From: Amphiscolops sp. MND2022
Lineage: Eukaryota
Assembly: GCA_964187785.1 (NCBI GenBank)
Contig: OZ076409.1
Span: forward strand, 6,574,001-6,638,000
Reading direction: 5' to 3'
Length of the DNA: 64,000 nucleotides
The notes beneath the pieces are model-generated. The model made no database searches, had not been told where the DNA came from, and saw only the letters and a program-made list of their open reading frames with translations. The translations under genes were made by a program, and so were the position numbers. Shown piece after piece: positions 50,366-63,725 of the stretch (its first letter is position 1; the number at the start of each line of letters is the position of its first letter).

Positions 50366-50642
50366 TTCAATTAATGAAATTAGTGCTTTATTTTTCAAGA
50401 AATTTAATTTCGTAAACGAGTATTTTCAGTATTGCATTTGCCACTAATGTTTATCAAGCAAGTTTGAGCAAATAAAATCGTTATCGGGACAAATGATTAT
50501 CAAGTGAGTTTGATCGACTCAAATCGTTACATACGCATAAGATGAATTTTAAATGTCAGACGCATATTAATTAATTGTCAGACGCATTTTAAATGACAAT
50601 AAACCCCCAGACACTTTTGCACGGAACATCCAAAACGTAGCA

Positions 50643-50968
50643 CGATAAATTTATAATTTTTTGTCAAACGCTTTTCGATCAAGCAGACGCATTTCATAAT
50701 CCACGTGAGTGTGAGCACGCTAAAACTACAATTACTCGATTTATTTCCGATATAATCAATAACATCAATAACGTAATACGATAATTTTATAATATTTTGT
50801 CAAACGCTTTTCGATCAAGCAGACGCATTTCAAAATCCACGTGAGTGTGAACACGCTAAAACTACAATTACTCGATTTATTTCCGATATAATCAATAACA
50901 TCAATAACGTAATACGATAATTTTATAATTTTTTGTCAAACGCTTTGCGAACCAGCAGACGCATTTCA
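50643..50968. repeat. About 2.3 copies of a 136-bp tandem repeat in a divergent intergenic region
   Basis: ttgtcaaacgc recurs at 50661, 50797 and 50933. Confidence 0.9.
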
Positions 50969-51074
50969 AGAATGGAAACGCTAGTGTGGAAACGATAAAG
51001 TGTCAATACGCTTTTGAAAAAACAACAACTACTAGAATAACTTCCAATATAACTTTCGACGTACGACAATCAGG

Positions 51075-54000
51075 ATGACAATACACCCCGAGAAGCTTCT
51101 GCACGATTACACTGAAACAATTGATGGAAAAAGTTTTGTGGATGCTAAAATTTTGGATGTTTTTGCTGGGCATATTATAAGAGAAAAATCTCGAAAACTG
51201 AAAAGCGCGATCGAAATAGTAATTGAAGGAACTGAATTAAAACTCGAAGATTGTGTAATAAACAAAAAAAACTTGCTTTGTTGCAATTGGAATATTGCAA
51301 ATAATAATTGTTCGTGGTTTACAAAGTGGGTTTCCATGGACACAATTACGAAGAAGATACGTGTCCTATTTTTTCCCAAATACGCCGCAGCTAATTCCCG
51401 ACTCACAACCTTTTGTCAATCCACTTCCAATGCCAACAATCCCACTGGAGCAGTTTTCTAAACCTGAATCAGGTTTCAGTCAGAAGATGCATACAATTCT
51501 CGCAACATTAGCAGCTACAGAACAAAAGCGGATTCATACTAAGGCCCAGAAGACCTCTCTGCATCAATTTGAAGCCAAGGCTCTGGTTAAGGGTGTTTTT
51601 TCAAACTATTTATCGTACGAAAAGCTGAAGTCAGACATATTTATCTGTACTAAAACTGGTAGTTGGATAAATATGATCAACACGCTGAAAAAAACTTTCC
51701 ATGTCGATGGACTGGGTCAAAAACAACTAATTCCTGGTTATACGGCGATCAAAGAGATGTCAAAACCGATGATTTCAAAGTTTATATCCCTATTCAAACC
51801 AAAAAACACTTTCTCGGGATTCAGAATTGATCTTGTACGTGCTATCAAAGTCATGACATTCATTCTGTTCAAAGGAAGAACTGATTTGCAAGGTCTGAAA
51901 GTTGATATTTGGGGAGATGGTGTTCAAATAGGGAAAAAGGATCAAACTCGAATGGCCTTCCGTTTTCTCGAAGGAACATCTATCAGCAATCAGTCATCAG
52001 ATGCACTCTTCTCTTTTGCTGTTTTCCAAGGTATGTTCTGCTATTTTGTCCTGCTGAATCTTTAAATATAATTTAGCTCTAGGTTAGCTTCGCACACTTT
52101 ACAATACGTGTTTACAGGTCACGACGGTCGTTGGTTGCTAGAGCAAAATGTCGGGTACCTGGAACTAGGTGAGCAAGATTCCTCTTGGCTTTACCAGCAG
52201 ACGAAACAACTCCATGACGCCGGAGTCCTTTTAACATACAGTGGAGATCAACCATTCCTAAATCGCCTTCTCATTGGAACCTCTGTTGATCACATGGAGA
52301 GTGAAGAAAATCCATCAAAATTGCAGATGTATCTTGGGAATGACGATTCAGTTAAACCAGAAACCGTGCACGAAAAAAGTGGACATCGAGGTGATGTTCG
52401 CCTACCATTTCGAACCACCATTCCTCATGAAAGTTTGACGTTTTTGCCAGACATCAGATGCGTTTGTCCCGACGGCACTCATGCAATAACAAGGTGTGTC
52501 GAGGGAGACATTAGAAAGTTCATGGAGTTGAAAATTCTCCAATCTGAAGATGACTCAGCTACAGTTGATTATATTAGGGAAAATTTTCAGCGCAATTTGA
52601 CCGAGAGAGGTTGGAAAGAGCCTGGCTTCGAATTTGACATTGACAAACGCAACAAAAAATGTGCTCCCATTTCCCTTAGTGGCAGAGAAGCTATCACTGG
52701 CATTGCTGATATGTACGAACTTGCTGAGGCTGGTGTTCAGCATGAACTGTTCGAAGGAGTTTTTTCCGAGAACAAGACTGTTGGAGCCTTGTCGGGTACA
52801 AAAAGTGCAAGCATGAATGTGTTGAAAAATCTTCATCCCAATTCATTCGAAAATATCGAAAGCCCATGTCAAATGAAACTTTTGGTTGCAGCTGAACTCT
52901 GGAGAAAGTCACTAAATCAGCTTACCGTGCTGATGAGGACGAGGAAGAAATTCGAAGAACAGGACTTTTCCGACTATAAATACTGGTCAGAAATCCACTA
53001 TCACATTTCGATTGTACTGTTCGATGTAAAACTAGGTTTGACACCGTACAGACTGAAACTGTGCCTGATTCCCCAGCTGTTAGAAGGAGGCTACATTGAA
53101 TCACCCTTTAACCACCTGTGCGAAGGCCCCGAAAAATCAAATCATCATGTCCATAGAGACTTTCAGCAAAAGACCATGCGAGGGGGAGGGACAGTTCGAC
53201 ACGCCGACCCCATGTTTCTCGAAATGTTTTTCACTTTCTGTTCTGGTCTCCGGTTTTCGACTTTGGAAGGCACAATCGACGAACAGCTCTCACTTTGCCA
53301 TCAACGGCTTTTCAATGAACCCATAGAGGTGAACCTATCTTTTTTAGACTCCCTGGGACCAACTGAGAAAGCCATCATTCCCGTTGGAAAAGTTCGAGAG
53401 AAGTCCCGCCTTTTCTTGGGTAAGGATTTTTTTTGTACCTATATGCCCACGTCCAACTTTTTTGGTTATGAAACCTAAGTGGTATAAATTTAGCGAAATT
53501 TAGTTGGATAAACCAACAATATAGTGTGAATTTTGCTTTTCTTGCGACTCCGAAATAAATGTAGTGGATCGTTGAACAAATGTTTGACTTGAGTTTTGCT
53601 GAATATTTGTATTGCACCGCAACACGTTGACAAATATTAGTCCTAAGTTACTCGGATGAAATACTTCCTCAAAACAGCAACAGATTCCAAGTACCACTGG
53701 CGTAGTGGTTACTTCGTGCGACGTTCCGTCGTTCCGCCGCTCGTTCGCTCTTGGTATACAGGTTCGCTTCTCTGCGCCGCTGTTGGTGCAGCCTTCGGTA
53801 ACCAGTGGCTGGTATTGTGTCTGGTATTGTGTGTGGTAGCCATTGGCTGGTATTACTTGCCATAGATGTCGATTGCCGGTGACGACCGCGCATTCAACAA
53901 CTGTGGCAATTAGTGAGTAGATTGAGATTGGAATTCTCTCTGGCGGAGAGAGAAATCCAATCTCAATCTACTTATTTTTATCTTTTCAACTTATTATTTG

Positions 54001-55017
54001 CAATTAGTTCTTCGCTTAACAGTGAGTTTTGAATGATGCAATTACATACCTGTTCAGAACGATCGTAGCAAAGAAAATAGAATACAGTAGTGATTTTATT
54101 AAAAGCAACAAAAGGCAAATTTTAGAATCAAATATCTATCAAAAAGCATTTGACTGAAGGACTTGATATGTTTTGATTGAGAAATTATATTAAAGTCTCA
54201 ATGAAACCACGCTGTAAAAATAGGCGTTTTCGAAAATACTAAGTTTTTAATAATCTCACTACTGTACATGCAAAACCGTCTTAGAATTATACGGCAATAA
54301 GCACGTTCGGCAATGGAAGGACCACCTTAGAAACCTGTTGTTACATATTCGAAGTTCGGTATATAACCAATTGTTTTCACAGAACTAAACAATATTCCGT
54401 TTGCTCCAGGATCGAGATTCTTTCTGCACGGGAAATTCAATAAAGAGCAACGAATTCAACATGAAAACCAAGATGGAAAAACTCTTGGACCCGCTGAGTG
54501 TCTCAAAAAAGTTATCAAAAAAGCGGGAGGGAAAGTTCTAGAACGAGCAGCATTGAATACTCTCCTCTCCAGACACTCCAAGTTGCCACACATTTACGTG
54601 GTTCTCCAAAATGACACAGATCTTATTAGTGCAACAACGTCGTGTGATTCTTTGCCACAAGTGACAGAAGTTATGGCCAAAGGAAAATGCAAAAAAAGGA
54701 AACTAAATGAACCAAGTCGAACCAGTTACGTTTTACGACACTTGGCCAGTCGTGGACTTACGTTTCTATCCGTTGACTATATTTTGAAAAGTATCGAAAC
54801 TTCAACAATTTTGGATGTGGAGTCTTTTGCGTTCAAACCAGGGCCAGACATCCCATCAACTTCTGTTCGTGATCATCGCAAAATTTTCCTTCTTCAGAGG
54901 AATCCCGAACTACAAAACACAACTTCAGCTATAACATCGGTACTTCGTAAACGACGAGAAATGCTGAAGAAGCGCGAACAAGAAAAAATGAATGACGCTC
55001 AGAAAGAACACGATTAA
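51075..55017 (+). CDS. Transib/RAG1-like DDE transposase with C-terminal BRCT-like domain; exons 51075-52030, 52118-53419, 54410-55017; +1 frameshift in the A8 run at ~51264-51271
   Basis: Ordered motifs IWGDG, YSGDQPFL, CPDGTH, LTPY and CEGPEKSN parallel RAG1 CDG, YDEK, IDALH, ITNY and SEGNESGN; GT-AG introns join in frame; LFLGSRFFLHG...IKKAGGKV is BRCT-like. Confidence 0.62.
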
Positions 55018-55441
55018 TCATCCTCAGACTCATCAGACTGAGAATCATTTGATAATCATAATTGATAAATCGTGAAAACTTTGATTCGAACAATAATAAA
55101 TTATTTTTACCTGTTTTTATTGTCAAAATTTAATTGAATCATTCGAATTGTTTTAAACAAATTCAAAATAGAAACGTACCAAAAAGTAGCAGCGCAAAAT
55201 ACTAAGTAAAAACCGAAAAGAAAGAATAAAACCAAATCTTTCAAAGACCAAGAACTGGAATTCAAAATTCTAAAGTATTACTACAGTAAACTGCGAAATT
55301 GCATCAAGTGCTGAAATACTTCGCTGAAAACAAGTTTCGAGATTTAATAATAATATATATCAATACAATGAAATAAAATAATAAAGGTTAAGAATATGTA
55401 AAACAAAAATTTTATCTCGAAAATGGTTTTCAACGAACTAA

Positions 55442-56961
55442 TCAATCAAGAGACCAAAAAGTGTTTCGACCGAGTTTTTTGTCAACAATTTGAAATAGGT
55501 GAGTTAATGATATGTTCCTGTTTGGGAAATTGAGAGACATGTACCGGTTGATAGTTTGCACAAATTTTCGTCGATTGCTCTTGGATCGGCTGTCATTTTT
55601 GGAATTGAAGCTGAGGACATGTAGTGCTTTGGCCAGAAGCTCCCATTTCATTAGCCTACAGTTCCCAATGGCACTCTCTAGAATAACTTTCGTCATTAAC
55701 GATAAGAAATGTGGGAAACATTTCTCAAGAGGTTCATCATTGTCCCGTTCCCTCTGGTAAACAGTCAAAGTCGTGTCTAAAAACATATATGCACAAGCAT
55801 TAGTAAAACTGCCTCGAACCCATAGAAGAAGTAAAACCCGAATTTTTTTGAGAAATTAACTTAATCCGATTTTAATTTTAAAAATGAAGATTTTTTCGAT
55901 TTTTTTGCTTTTTACCTTTTATCTCTTCTAACAAACAACTGAGAAACAATTATATGAAAACTGAATTTCAAAATTACCTAGATCACAGATGGTGAGAAAA
56001 TTGAATCCCACGGCCACGCTGTCCGCACAGGTTCTGACCATATGTATCATGCCTGCTGGCATGATCATTGACTCGCCGCCTGTTATCGTCACTTTAAACA
56101 CTTGACTTTGGAGGTGGGTGTCACTTGGTAGGAAAACATTTTGTTTTGTTGCCTCAATGCACCAATTCTCGAGAATTTCTTGGTTTCGAACTGTTCCAGG
56201 AATCATGAAAAACTCTTTTTTACCGTGAAGAAGATGGTAAAAGACGCTGGTATTCGTGTAGTCAACATGCCAAGGTGTAATGGAACCTTTTTGACTGAGA
56301 AGAATATAGCAATTTTGCTCCAGCTCAAAATTGAATAAATGAGACACTGAAAGTTCTTTAACTGCCGTTGGTACATCGAAATGCAAGTTCTTTGTGAGAC
56401 TGGAGCTAAGATCAAGGACATTCATTGGGCCGCTCATAGCTCCAAACTCAATGGCATTTACAAAATCTTTTCCTGAGAGTGTCAAACACAGGAGTTTTTG
56501 CAGCTGAAATAGACATGTGTTGTATATGAAAAAAGAATACACTTCGAAGATCTACAATTTTGGTTTTAAAATATAAAAACCCTAATATTTTTTAAATGTT
56601 CGGTTTTCATTGGTGAAGTTAAAAAGACGAAGCCAAAAACGAACACTGACAGGTTTGTACATTCGGACAGATAATTGTACATCTTCTGCGTGTAGACAGT
56701 CTTCGAAGATGTTTCTTCGCGCTCCAAAGTTGATGTTGGGCAATTTCATACCATCCATATGTCCTCGAACAATACAGGCTCTTTTCCGCTGCAGCTCCTC
56801 CTCTATTTCGCTGCTGGTAACATTGGTGCAGCAAACTCGCATCTCGGACCCGGAAGATTCTCTGATTACATCCAGCAGCTCATGATGCTCTGCTTCATCC
56901 ACAAATGCAACCAGAGAAACTTCTTCATCTTCTGCTTGAACCTGTTCGTAGCTGTTGGAAT
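55442..56961 (-). CDS. JmjC histone demethylase-like, KDM2/KDM7 type; exons 56961-56651, 56503-55978, 55776-55442
   Basis: TPWHVDYTNTSVFYHLLHGKKEF...PAGMIHMVRT..DSVAVGFNFL keeps the HxD..H and 2-oxoglutarate Lys positions; the spliced NFLTICDLDTTLTVYQRE has PHF8-like spacing. Confidence 0.85.
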
Positions 56962-59900
56962 CTGAAACGAAAATTGTCAATATCATAATAAAGTTTTTTA
57001 AATGATTGGTAGATGTTTTTCGAATACTTTTGATGAGTATCAGTGGATTCGTTTGGCAAGTAGTAAAATTGGTATGTAGAAATTTTGATATAGGTAAAAC
57101 AATAGGATTTTATTGTACCTTGGGGATTGTGTGTGGCTACTTCTTCACTTTCGTCTTCCTCACGGTTCTCTTCCTGGAGGGATTCTTCATTGCTGTCAGA
57201 ATCTGAAACAAACATCGTCAAAATCAATTTAACGTTATTGAGATGATTGGTTGTTTGTCGAATATTTTCGATACGTAATATTGATATAGGTAAACAAGTC
57301 GAAGTCGTGTCTAAAAACACATATGCACAAGTATTAGTAAAACTGCCTTGAACACATGGATGGAACAAAATCCGATTTTTTTAAAAATTAACTCAATCCG
57401 ATTTTAATTTTAAAAGTAAAGATTTTTTGATTTTTTTTGCTTTTTACCTTTCATCTCTTTTAACAAATAACTGAGAAACAATATTTTATGAAAACTGAAT
57501 TTTATTGTACCTTGGCGAACGTGTGTGGCTACTTCTTCTTCACTTTCGTCTTCCTCACAGGTCTCTTCCTGAAGGGCTTCATTGCTGTCGGAATCTGAAA
57601 CAAAAATCGTCAAAATCATTATAAAATTATTGAGATTTGTGGATGTTTTTCGAATATTCTCGATAAGTATCAGTGGAATCGTTTGACAAGTAGGCAAATT
57701 GGTGTAGAAAAATTGATATAAGTAGAACGATAGGATTTTATTGTACCTTGGCGAACGTGTGTGGCTACTTCTTCTTCACTTTCGTCTTCCTCACAGGTCT
57801 CTTCCTGGAGGGCTTCTTCATCGTTGTCAGAATCTGAAACAAAAATCGTCAAAATCATAATAAAGTTAGAGAAGATTGGATGTTTTTCGGATATTTTCGA
57901 TAAGTATCAGTGGAATCGTTTGACAAGTAGTCAAATTGGTGTAGAAAAAATGATATAGGTAAAACAAAAGGATTTTATTGTACCTTGGCGAACGTGTGTG
58001 GCTACTTCTTTTTCACTTTCGTCTTCCTCACAGATCTCTTCCTGGAGGGCTTCTTCATCGTTGTCAGAATCTGAAACAAAAGTCGTCAAAATCATAATAA
58101 AGTTAGAGAAGATTGGATGTTTTTCGGATATTTTCGATAAGTATCAGTGGAATCGTTTGACAAGTAGTCAAATTGGTGTAGAAAAAATGATATAGGTAAA
58201 ACAATAGGATTTTATTGTACCTTGGCGAACGTGTGTGGCTACTTTTTCACTTTCATCTTCTTGACGGTTCTCTTCTTGGAGGGCTTCATTGCTGTCGGAA
58301 TCTGAAACAAAAATCGTCAAAATCATAATAAAGTTAGAGAAGATTGGATGTTTTTCGGATATTTTCGATAAGTATCAGTGGAATCGTTTGACAAGTAGTC
58401 AAATTGGTGTAGAAAAATTGATATAGGTAAAACAATAGGATTTTATTGTACCTTGGCGAACGTGTGTGGCTACTTTTTCACTTTCATCTTCTTGACGGTT
58501 CTCTTCTTGGAGAGCTTCATTGCTGTCGGAATCTGAAACAAAAATCGTCAAAATCATTATAATGTTAGAGAAGATTGGATGTTTTTCGGATATTTTCGAT
58601 AAGTATCAGTGGAATCGTTTGACAAGTAGTTCACAAATTGGTGTAGAAAAATTGATATAGGAAAAACAATAGGATTTTATTATACCTTGGCGAACGTGTG
58701 TGGCTACTTTTTCACTTGCATCTTCTTGACGGTTCTCTTCTTGGAGGGCTTCTCCATTGCTGTCAGAATCTGAAACAAAAATCGTCAAAATCATTATAAA
58801 GTTATTGAGAAGATTGGATGTTTTTCGGATATTTTCGATAAGTATCAGTGGAATCGTTTGACAAGTAGTTCACAAATTGGTGTAGAAAAATTGATATAGG
58901 AAAAACAATAGGATTTTATTGTACCTTGGCGAACGTGTGTGGCTACTTTTTCACTTTCATCTTCTTGACGGTTCTCTTCTTGGAGAGCTTCATTGCTGTC
59001 GGAATCTGAAACAAAAATCGTCAAAATCATTATAATGTTAGAGAAGATTGGATGTTTTTCGGATATTTTCGATAAGTATCAGTGGAATCGTTTGACAAGT
59101 AGTTCACAAATTGGTGTAGAAAAATTGATATAGGAAAAACAATAGGATTTTATTATACCTTGGCGAACGTGTGTGGCTACTTTTTCACTTGCATCTTCTT
59201 GACGGTTCTCTTCTTGGAGGGCTTCTCCATTGCTGTCGGAATCTGAAACAAAAATCGTCAAAATCATTATAAAGTTATTAAGATTTGTGGATGTTTTTCG
59301 AATATTTTCGATAAGTATCAGTGAAATCGTTTGGCAAGTAGTCAAACTGGTATGTCGAAAAATTGATATAAGTAAAACGATAGGATTTTATTGTACCTTG
59401 GCGAACGTGTGTGGCTACTTCTTCTTCACTTTCGTCTTCTTGACGGTTCTCTTCTTGGGGAAAGTGTGTGACTACTTCTTCTTCACTTTCGTCTTCCTCA
59501 TAGGTCTCCTCCTGGAGGGCTTCATTGCTGTCGGAATCTGAAACAAAAATCGTCAAAATCATCATAAAGTTATTGAGAAGATTTGTGGATGTTTTTCGAA
59601 TATTTTCGATAAGTATCAGTGGAATCGTTTGGCAAGTAGTCAAACTGGTATGTCGAAAAATTGATATGAGTAAAACGATAGGATTTTATTGTACCTTGGC
59701 GAACGTGTGTGGCTACTTCTTCTTCACTTTCGTCTTCTTGACGGTTCTCTTCTTGGGGAAAGTGTGTGACTACTTCTTCTTCACTTTCGTCTTCCTCATA
59801 GGTCTCCTCCTGGAGGGCTTCATTGCTGTCGGAATCTGAAACAAAAATCGTCAAAATCATCATAAAGTTATTGAGAAGATTTGTGGATGTTTTTCGAATA

Positions 59901-60085
59901 TTTTCGATAAGTATCAGTGGAATCGTTTGGCAAGTAGTCAAACTGGTATGTCGAAAAATTGATATAAGTAAAACGATAGGATTTTATTGTACCTTGGCGA
60001 ACGTGTGTGGCTACTTCTTCTTCACTTTCGTCTTCCTCACAGGTCTCTTCCTGGAGGGCTTCTTCATCGCTGTCAGAATCTGGTT
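56962..60085 (-). repeat. Tandem exon+intron duplication array (about 12 units of mostly 230-300 bp) encoding acidic micro-exons of the JmjC gene
   Basis: Each unit is tttcag|ATTC..(DSDSNEALQEE...ATHVRQ)..CAAG|gta; phase 1-1. Confidence 0.85.
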
Positions 60086-60752
60086 CGATGTGAACTCGAC
60101 GGTACCGACGTGACGTCCTTCTCTGTTCTCTTCTTCTTCTCGAATCCATCCTCGCTTGCCATCGTGGGTGTTCGATCTTCTTCTTTGGGGTCCCTTTGAT
60201 TTTAATCAGGTCTTTGATTCGATGGGAATAACCTTTCCCCTCCCGCCGTCTTTTTTCCGACCAGCTGTACTCTCCTGGCACATTGCCTTTGGGCTTTTTT
60301 TTAAGAACAGCGGATTCCCCTTTAAGATAAAACGATTTGTATTTTTGCTTCAGGCAATCGTAAGCAGAACTTTCCTTGCACAATTCCTCGATGTTTTCTG
60401 GTGTTGGTTCCAACAAATTTCCTGGGTACCATTCCTCCCTTTGCAACTCAAACACTTTCAGGGTGCAAGTTCTTCCGAGGGAGTGTTGAGCGGTCCTGTG
60501 ATAGCTAAAGAACGGTCCTCCGTCTTTCTCGCCGCATCCACAAAAGCGACAAATAAAATTTGCCCGACTGTAAATTTTTTGTGCAATGCAGGTGAACTCC
60601 AGCTGGTGTTCTTCAACAGGTCTCTTCCTTGGTGCCCAGTCTTTGTACATGTGCCTCTGGCACGCAACTTTTTCGCTGAATTTTCTCCGGCATTCTGAAA
60701 CACATATTCCGATTAGTATTGGTGAAAAACATGTTTGAAAAAAATTCGACAT
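59992..60752 (-). CDS. 5' exon of the JmjC gene: Cys/His zinc-finger-like region plus basic tract
   Basis: ECRRKFSEKVACQRH and CRFCG...HSLGRTC; ends with the first acidic unit and a gtacaa donor; true start uncertain. Confidence 0.55.
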
Positions 60753-61309
60753 TTTAAATTCTATTTCAGATATCCGAACAGATCATCAAAATGATAATGC
60801 CATTTAAGACTTGGAAACGCATGGGCAATTTGAAACGCAGAAATACATGGCTTTTTCATTGCTTTTCATCACTCGGAAACGGATGGGCGAAAGTTCAATT
60901 CATTTTATGCCAATTAGCTTACGTTATTTCATACTTCGGTTTTTATCCCCTATTTTGAAACGATAATTGAAGGTTCGCACGTCATCAGGTAATTATCACC
61001 ACAGTTGATTTGAAAAGCGTCCTTAAATGAGCTCATCTTCATGCAAATCTAAATAGCACATCCGCAAAGCTATTACCAACGGTATGTACTACTTTTTTCA
61101 ATAATTAAATAATTCATTATCAGAAATGAATAATTATCATATATGTACTATTTAATACGAAGATCACCATTTTTCTTTAATTATAATATACCACAGTTGA
61201 TTGACGAAGCGTCTTTGAATTAGTTCGAATTTGGATCGCTCAAGGAAAGGATTGAGCACTCACCATTCAATCCAAACAGTAGCTAGAAAACAGTCTCTTT
61301 TACATAACG

Positions 61310-63725
61310 ATGAACCCTCCTCAACATGAGAAATCTCTCTCTTACACTGTCTTGGGGACTAGCCCGGCTGTGACAAATTCTGTTGCTCCAAACGAAACAT
61401 TTGAAAGATTTTCGACTCCATTTAAACCGAATGAAAGCAACTTTGCATACTACATGAGTACTCCCTTGGATCAATCTAGTTCGACACAACAGTTGTATGG
61501 ATCACCCATTGTGTCATCTAAAAGCTGGCCAAGTTTCACCCAAGTTGAACAAAGGATATTTTCACAAATCTCTAATATAGAAGGTGTGAATTATGAAGAT
61601 AGCCCTTCGGACGTCTCGATAATGGTACAAGCTCAACTTGCTGCAAATCAAATGACACCTCTGTTAATCAACACTGCAAATCAACTGAACCACACTCCGA
61701 ATGACAGTACGACGAATCAACTGAGCCACACTCCAAGTGACAGTACGACGAATCAACTGAGCCACACACCGAGTGACAGTACGACGAATCAACGGAGCCA
61801 CACCCCAAGTGACAGTACGAGCCACACTCCGAGTGACATCATGGCAAGCCAACTGAGCCGTTCTTCAAGTGATATCGCGGCAAGTCAGCTGAGCCAAACT
61901 CCGAGTGATATCATGGCAAGTCAGCTGAGCCGTTCTTGCAACGACACCTTGGCAAACATGGAAAGATGCCAACAGGAGATAGCGAACAAGCGGAAACTTA
62001 ACCATTATGATGAGGAAAACCATGGCCCAAAAAGTAAACGATGTGTTCCCAAAAACTATGAGAAAAATTTGCGAGAAATTACCCCAGTGCACCTAACATT
62101 ATGCACAACTGTTGAAGCGCGACTCTTGTCAGACCTTTATGACATAATGAAGCAATTCAAATTCGCAAAATCTCTAACCAGCATTGACAAAACCAATTTG
62201 TTTGGGGACCTCATTGCTTATTTGCTGGAATTTTCTATTCCAAAGTGTAGAGATCGCAAAATTTTGAGCATTACAACTCATGCCGTTTTACAAATGGTCC
62301 CTCAAATTCAGCACAATAGAAGTTCTAACTCAAGTGACTTGTTAGTCTTGCAAATTGAAGATGAAGCTGGGTACTTGGACAGCTTCAGAATTCCTCACAT
62401 TGTTGGAGAAGCAATGTTAATATATTTTGAAGCTGTACGACCGTACTTCATAAAACCTGAAGGTATCGACCAGAAAAAAAGGTTCATGCAGTCACCCAGT
62501 CAAGGGATACCACCATATTACGTCATGACGGAGCCATTCTTTGTCAACAGCTGGGGAAAAACACAATTCAAAGTGCGGAACATAAGAAATCGGATTGAAC
62601 AGGTAACTAATCAAATACTGTTTGATAAGAATTACTTGACTCAGTTTGATTTGTATTAGTCGATAGTAACCATAAGACATAATCACAAGTTGGAATATCA
62701 AAAACATCTTCCTTTTGCAGTTTTCGCTTATTTCAATAACTATCTGCGTGTTCTAGTTTTCCGACTTGACAAGAAACCCAGCCGAACGTGAAATGGACAG
62801 ATTGGAAAGAACTGTCAAACTGATGACACTTTCAAAATGTTCAGCAGAAGAAGAATTTTGGTCTGAATCTTACCTGATGATGGAAGTCAAAAAACATTTG
62901 AGGCCCAGCGGACATTACGATGACAGAACGGTCATGAAAGTAGTCGAAAAAAGAATTCAAGCACTTAGGCATCAAAGAGCAGATATTAGGGCGGCCGAAT
63001 ACAAGAGCCACTACCCTACATCACTAGCTGACCCTGCGAAAGAAAGAGAGAGAATAATCGATTTTGCAAACTTGGTCAACTGGCCCCACTTCACAGATGT
63101 AAAGAGAGTCATGGATGCTTCTTCTAGAATGTCTGGGGTATCAAGATCTCGACAAAGTTCGCGCAAAAAAGCATTCAATCCAAATCTAGAATGGAGACTT
63201 TGCAATACCCCTTACTTCCAAGATGACTTGAAAGATAGATGCGAAAACCAATTCTGGCCAGGCGTCTGCGATGTTGTCTATCCTACAATGGGTCGAGGAA
63301 TAATCGCGACCAAACCATTTAACAAGGATGACGTTATTTTTGACTACCACGGACATGTAGAAGAAAACACGAACAACGTCGACTACTACTGCAGTCTGGA
63401 CCCAGAGAACCGCAAGCCAGAATACTGCATCGAGGTTAAAACAAGGCCGGGAAGAATTATTGATGCAACCTCGGAAATATGCCCCATCCACAACGATGGC
63501 AGAAGGTGCCTTGCTCGATTGTGCAATTACTCAAGTACCTTTGATGGTGGAAAGACCAACCCAGCTTGTAACATGAAACTGGTCGAATTGAAATGTACAT
63601 ACTTGAAAAATAATCCGCGTTACGTGCTACTTATTGCAAAGCGGAAAATTGAACCCCTGGAGCAGCTGATGTTTGATTACATGGACCCCGAAGCCAATAG
63701 AATTTTCGGCGGTAATGCCGAGTAA
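61310..63725 (+). CDS. SET-domain protein (SETD8/PR-Set7-like C-terminus); exons 61310-62602 and 62757-63725
   Basis: GRGIIATKPFNKDDVIFDYHG, IDAT, LARLCNYS and EQLMFDY are SET motifs; cag|gtaact and ttctag| join the two track ORFs in frame. Confidence 0.8.
61679..61935 (+). repeat. Coding 36-bp minisatellite (NQLSHTPSDSTT-type units)
   Basis: About 7 degenerate 12-aa units in ORF 61310. Confidence 0.85.

Noticed and set aside
57000..60085. Regularly spaced repeats as a CRISPR-like array
   Set aside because: Whole units repeat with no unique spacers, carry splice signals, and there are no cas genes; the context is eukaryotic
60690..60790. Tiny upstream exon (MICS) with an AT-AG intron completing a CxxC finger
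   Set aside because: Poor match to the U12 donor consensus, and the unspliced ORF already gives CVSEC; unsupported without cDNA
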